Of a stretch of 64,000 nucleotides of DNA, positions 62,030 to 64,000 are shown one piece after another; the first letter of the stretch is position 1, and each line of letters starts with the position of its first letter. The notes beneath the pieces were generated by a model, which did not search any database, was not told the DNA's origin, and saw nothing but the letters and a program-made list of their open reading frames with translations. The stretch is from an uncultured Gemmatimonadaceae bacterium (GTDB taxonomy: Bacteria; Gemmatimonadota; Gemmatimonadetes; Gemmatimonadales; Gemmatimonadaceae). The stretch lies in contig CAVUDW010000003.1 of the NCBI GenBank assembly GCA_963740355.1, forward strand, positions 1,120,001 to 1,184,000, read 5' to 3'. A program made the position numbers and the translations under genes.

Positions 62030-62112
62030 TGGTGGAGGAAGGATTCGAACCTTCGAAGACCGGAGTCGACAGATTTACAGTCTGTTGCCGTTGACCGCTT
62101 GGCTACTCCACC
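62030..62112 (-). tRNA. tRNA-Tyr(GTA)
   Basis: GGTGGAGTAGCCAAGCGGTCAACGGCAACAGACTGTAAATCTGTCGACTCCGGTCTTCGAAGGTTCGAATCCTTCCTCCACCA; long variable arm. Confidence 0.97.
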
Positions 62113-62172
62113 GACAAGAACACACAACACCACAACATCCTCTCGGTCGCTGACGTGCCGGCGACCGGCGAG

Positions 62173-62245
62173 AGCTGACGGCGAGAATCGAACTCGCAAC
62201 CGCCTGATTACAAATCAGGTGCTCTGCCAATTGAGCTACGTCAGC
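62173..62245 (-). tRNA. tRNA-Thr(TGT)
   Basis: GCTGACGTAGCTCAATTGGCAGAGCACCTGATTTGTAATCAGGCGGTTGCGAGTTCGATTCTCGCCGTCAGCT; anticodon TGT. Confidence 0.97.
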
Positions 62246-62276
62246 CTGACGTACCAAACCCTGCCGAGAGCCTCAC

Positions 62277-62305
62277 AACCTAGCCCCGACGCGCCGGCAC
62301 TTCAA
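62277..62305 (-). promoter_or_regulatory. Sigma70-like promoter for tRNA-Thr(TGT)-tRNA-Tyr
   Basis: TTGAAG-N17-TAGGTT. Confidence 0.65.
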
Positions 62306-62363
62306 CCGGGAGCGGCAGACGGCAGTCGTGCCCAGACGTCGCCACACCGCCTCGGAGGGCCTC

Positions 62364-62398
62364 AACTCCGTCCCCGTGAGCTCAGGAACTCCGTCCCC
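62364..62398 (-). repeat. REP-like array, right arm (inverted relative to 61897..61953)
   Basis: aactccgtcccc occurs twice; 62384..62398 is the exact reverse complement of 61939..61953. Confidence 0.75.
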
Positions 62399-62416
62399 CA
62401 ACACCGGCGCTCCTAC

Positions 62417-63832
62417 TCAGCCCTGAATCCGCTTCCAGGTCGTCCCCGCCGGACCATCCTCCAGTACGACCCCCTCCGCCGTCAGCTCGGCACGAATCCG
62501 ATCCGATTCGGCGAAATTCCGGCTGGCCCGTGCCGCGGCCCGCTGCGCGATCAGATCCTCCACCCGCGCCGCCAGCGCCTCGTCCGCCGCGACCGGCGAT
62601 GGAATGAGGTCCAGCACGCCGTTCATCACCGCAAACGCGCTCCGTGCCCGCTCCAGCGCCGCCACGTCCGTCCCACCCTGATCGAGCAGTGCGTTGGCCC
62701 GATTCACGAAGGTGTGCAGCGTGCCAAGCGCCTGTGGTGCATTGAGATCCTTCGACAACGCCGCACGGAAGTCGGCTTCGGCTTCCACCGCCGCTGACGT
62801 CAACTCGACCGGCGCACCGCTGGCGGACGCGAGACGCGCGGCCAGATCGCCAATCCGACGCACCGCACGACGTGCACCTTCCAGCGCATCGGTGCTCAGG
62901 TTGAGCTGCTGGCGATAGTGCGTGCTGAACATGAAGTGACGCGCCGCCGCGCCATCGAGCCCTTCTTCCTTCAGCTCCGCCACACCCCACACATTGCCGA
63001 CGCGCTTCGCCATCTTCGCGCTGTCGACGAGCAGGAATTCGCCATGGCACCAGCACCGCGCGAACACCTTGCCCGTCGCGGCCTCGCTCTGCGCGATTTC
63101 GTCTTCGTGGTGCGGGAAGATCAGGTCGACACCACCGGCGTGCAGGTCGATCGTCTCGCCCAGGATGTCCATCGCCATCGCGGAGCATTCGAGATGCCAC
63201 CCCGGACGACCCCGACCCCACGGCGATTCCCACGCGGCCTCGACACGCTCGTCCTCTTCCTTGGCCGCCTTCCAGAGCGCAAAATCCTGCGCGTTGTCCT
63301 TCGTGTATTCGTCCTGGCTCACGCGCGCGCCCGACTTGATCTCGCGAGTGTCGAGGCGTGAGAGCCGCCCGTACTCAGGGAACTTGTCGATCGCGAAATA
63401 CACCGACTGGTCATCGGCCTGATAGGCGACGCCCTTCGCGATCAACTGCTCGACCAGCGTGATCATCTGCGGGATGTAATCCGTGGCCCGCGGATAGTGC
63501 TCCGCAGGCTGGATGCGCAGGTACTCCCGATGCTCGTGGAAGATCTCCACCACCGGATCGGTGACCTGACGAATCGTGAGCCCGCGCTCGTTGGCCCGCT
63601 TGATGATCTTGTCGTCGACATCGGTAAGGTTCATCACCTGCTCGACCGACCATCCCTTGAGCGCCAGCGACCGCCGCAGCAGATCCTCGAAGAGGAACGT
63701 GCGGAAGTTGCCCAGATGCGCCGGGTTGTAGACCGTCGGGCCGCAGGTATACATGCGCACGCGCTGACCGTCGGCCGGAGCAAACGGCTCGACGACCCGC
63801 GTCAACGTGTTGTAAAGAAGAAACTCGCTCAT
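62417..63832 (-). CDS. cysS: Cysteine--tRNA ligase
   Basis: MYTCGPTVY..HLGN, DFALWK, GRPGWHLECSAM, FPHHEDEIAQ, KMAKR (KMSKS-like). Confidence 0.98.
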   Translation of the reverse strand: MSEFLLYNTLTRVVEPFAPADGQRVRMYTCGPTVYNPAHLGNFRTFLFEDLLRRSLALKGWSVEQVMNLTDVDDKIIKRANERGLTIRQVTDPVVEIFHEHREYLRIQPAEHYPRATDYIPQMITLVEQLIAKGVAYQADDQSVYFAIDKFPEYGRLSRLDTREIKSGARVSQDEYTKDNAQDFALWKAAKEEDERVEAAWESPWGRGRPGWHLECSAMAMDILGETIDLHAGGVDLIFPHHEDEIAQSEAATGKVFARCWCHGEFLLVDSAKMAKRVGNVWGVAELKEEGLDGAAARHFMFSTHYRQQLNLSTDALEGARRAVRRIGDLAARLASASGAPVELTSAAVEAEADFRAALSKDLNAPQALGTLHTFVNRANALLDQGGTDVAALERARSAFAVMNGVLDLIPSPVAADEALAARVEDLIAQRAAARASRNFAESDRIRAELTAEGVVLEDGPAGTTWKRIQG

Positions 63833-64000
63833 CGATTCCAGGCAGGGACGGCGTGTGACGTCTACCAGCAGACGTCCTTGCGTCGACTGGGCCGATCACT
63901 GCACCCGTCGTAACACACCTCGAGAAGCTACTGATCCGGGCCACCCGGTGCCACACGATCACCAGCACCTTCGGCCACCATCCGGGCGGGCGCGCTCCAC

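Noticed and set aside
62030..62035. Apparent encoded CCA on tRNA-Tyr
   Set aside because: The CC belongs to the acceptor stem and the A is the discriminator; none of the four tRNAs encodes CCA, which is common.

Overview
High-GC bacterial chromosome segment. The protein families and the ribosomal-protein sequences suggest Gemmatimonadota (inference). The conserved minus-strand core reads cysS - tRNA-Thr(TGT) - tRNA-Tyr(GTA) - tRNA-Gly(TCC) - tRNA-Thr(GGT) - tuf - secE - nusG - rplKAJL - rpoB (5' part). The four tRNAs, normally one compact cluster, are separated by two accessory blocks of about 29.5 kb and 26.5 kb, and each tRNA unit has its own sigma70-like promoter. The accessory blocks hold mostly secreted or periplasmic hydrolases, an ECF sigma/FecR/TonB-receptor module with a shared promoter motif, an ECF sigma/Ser-Thr kinase pair, an ABC exporter, two 'plug-only' TonB-receptor-like proteins, and a ppsA-led group 3b [NiFe]-hydrogenase operon. 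Three unrelated REP-like palindrome families occur, and one brackets the tRNA-Thr/Tyr unit. No integrase, transposase or CRISPR array was seen. Four genes carry clustered frameshifts, probably assembly indels. All family calls come from motif recognition, not database searches.
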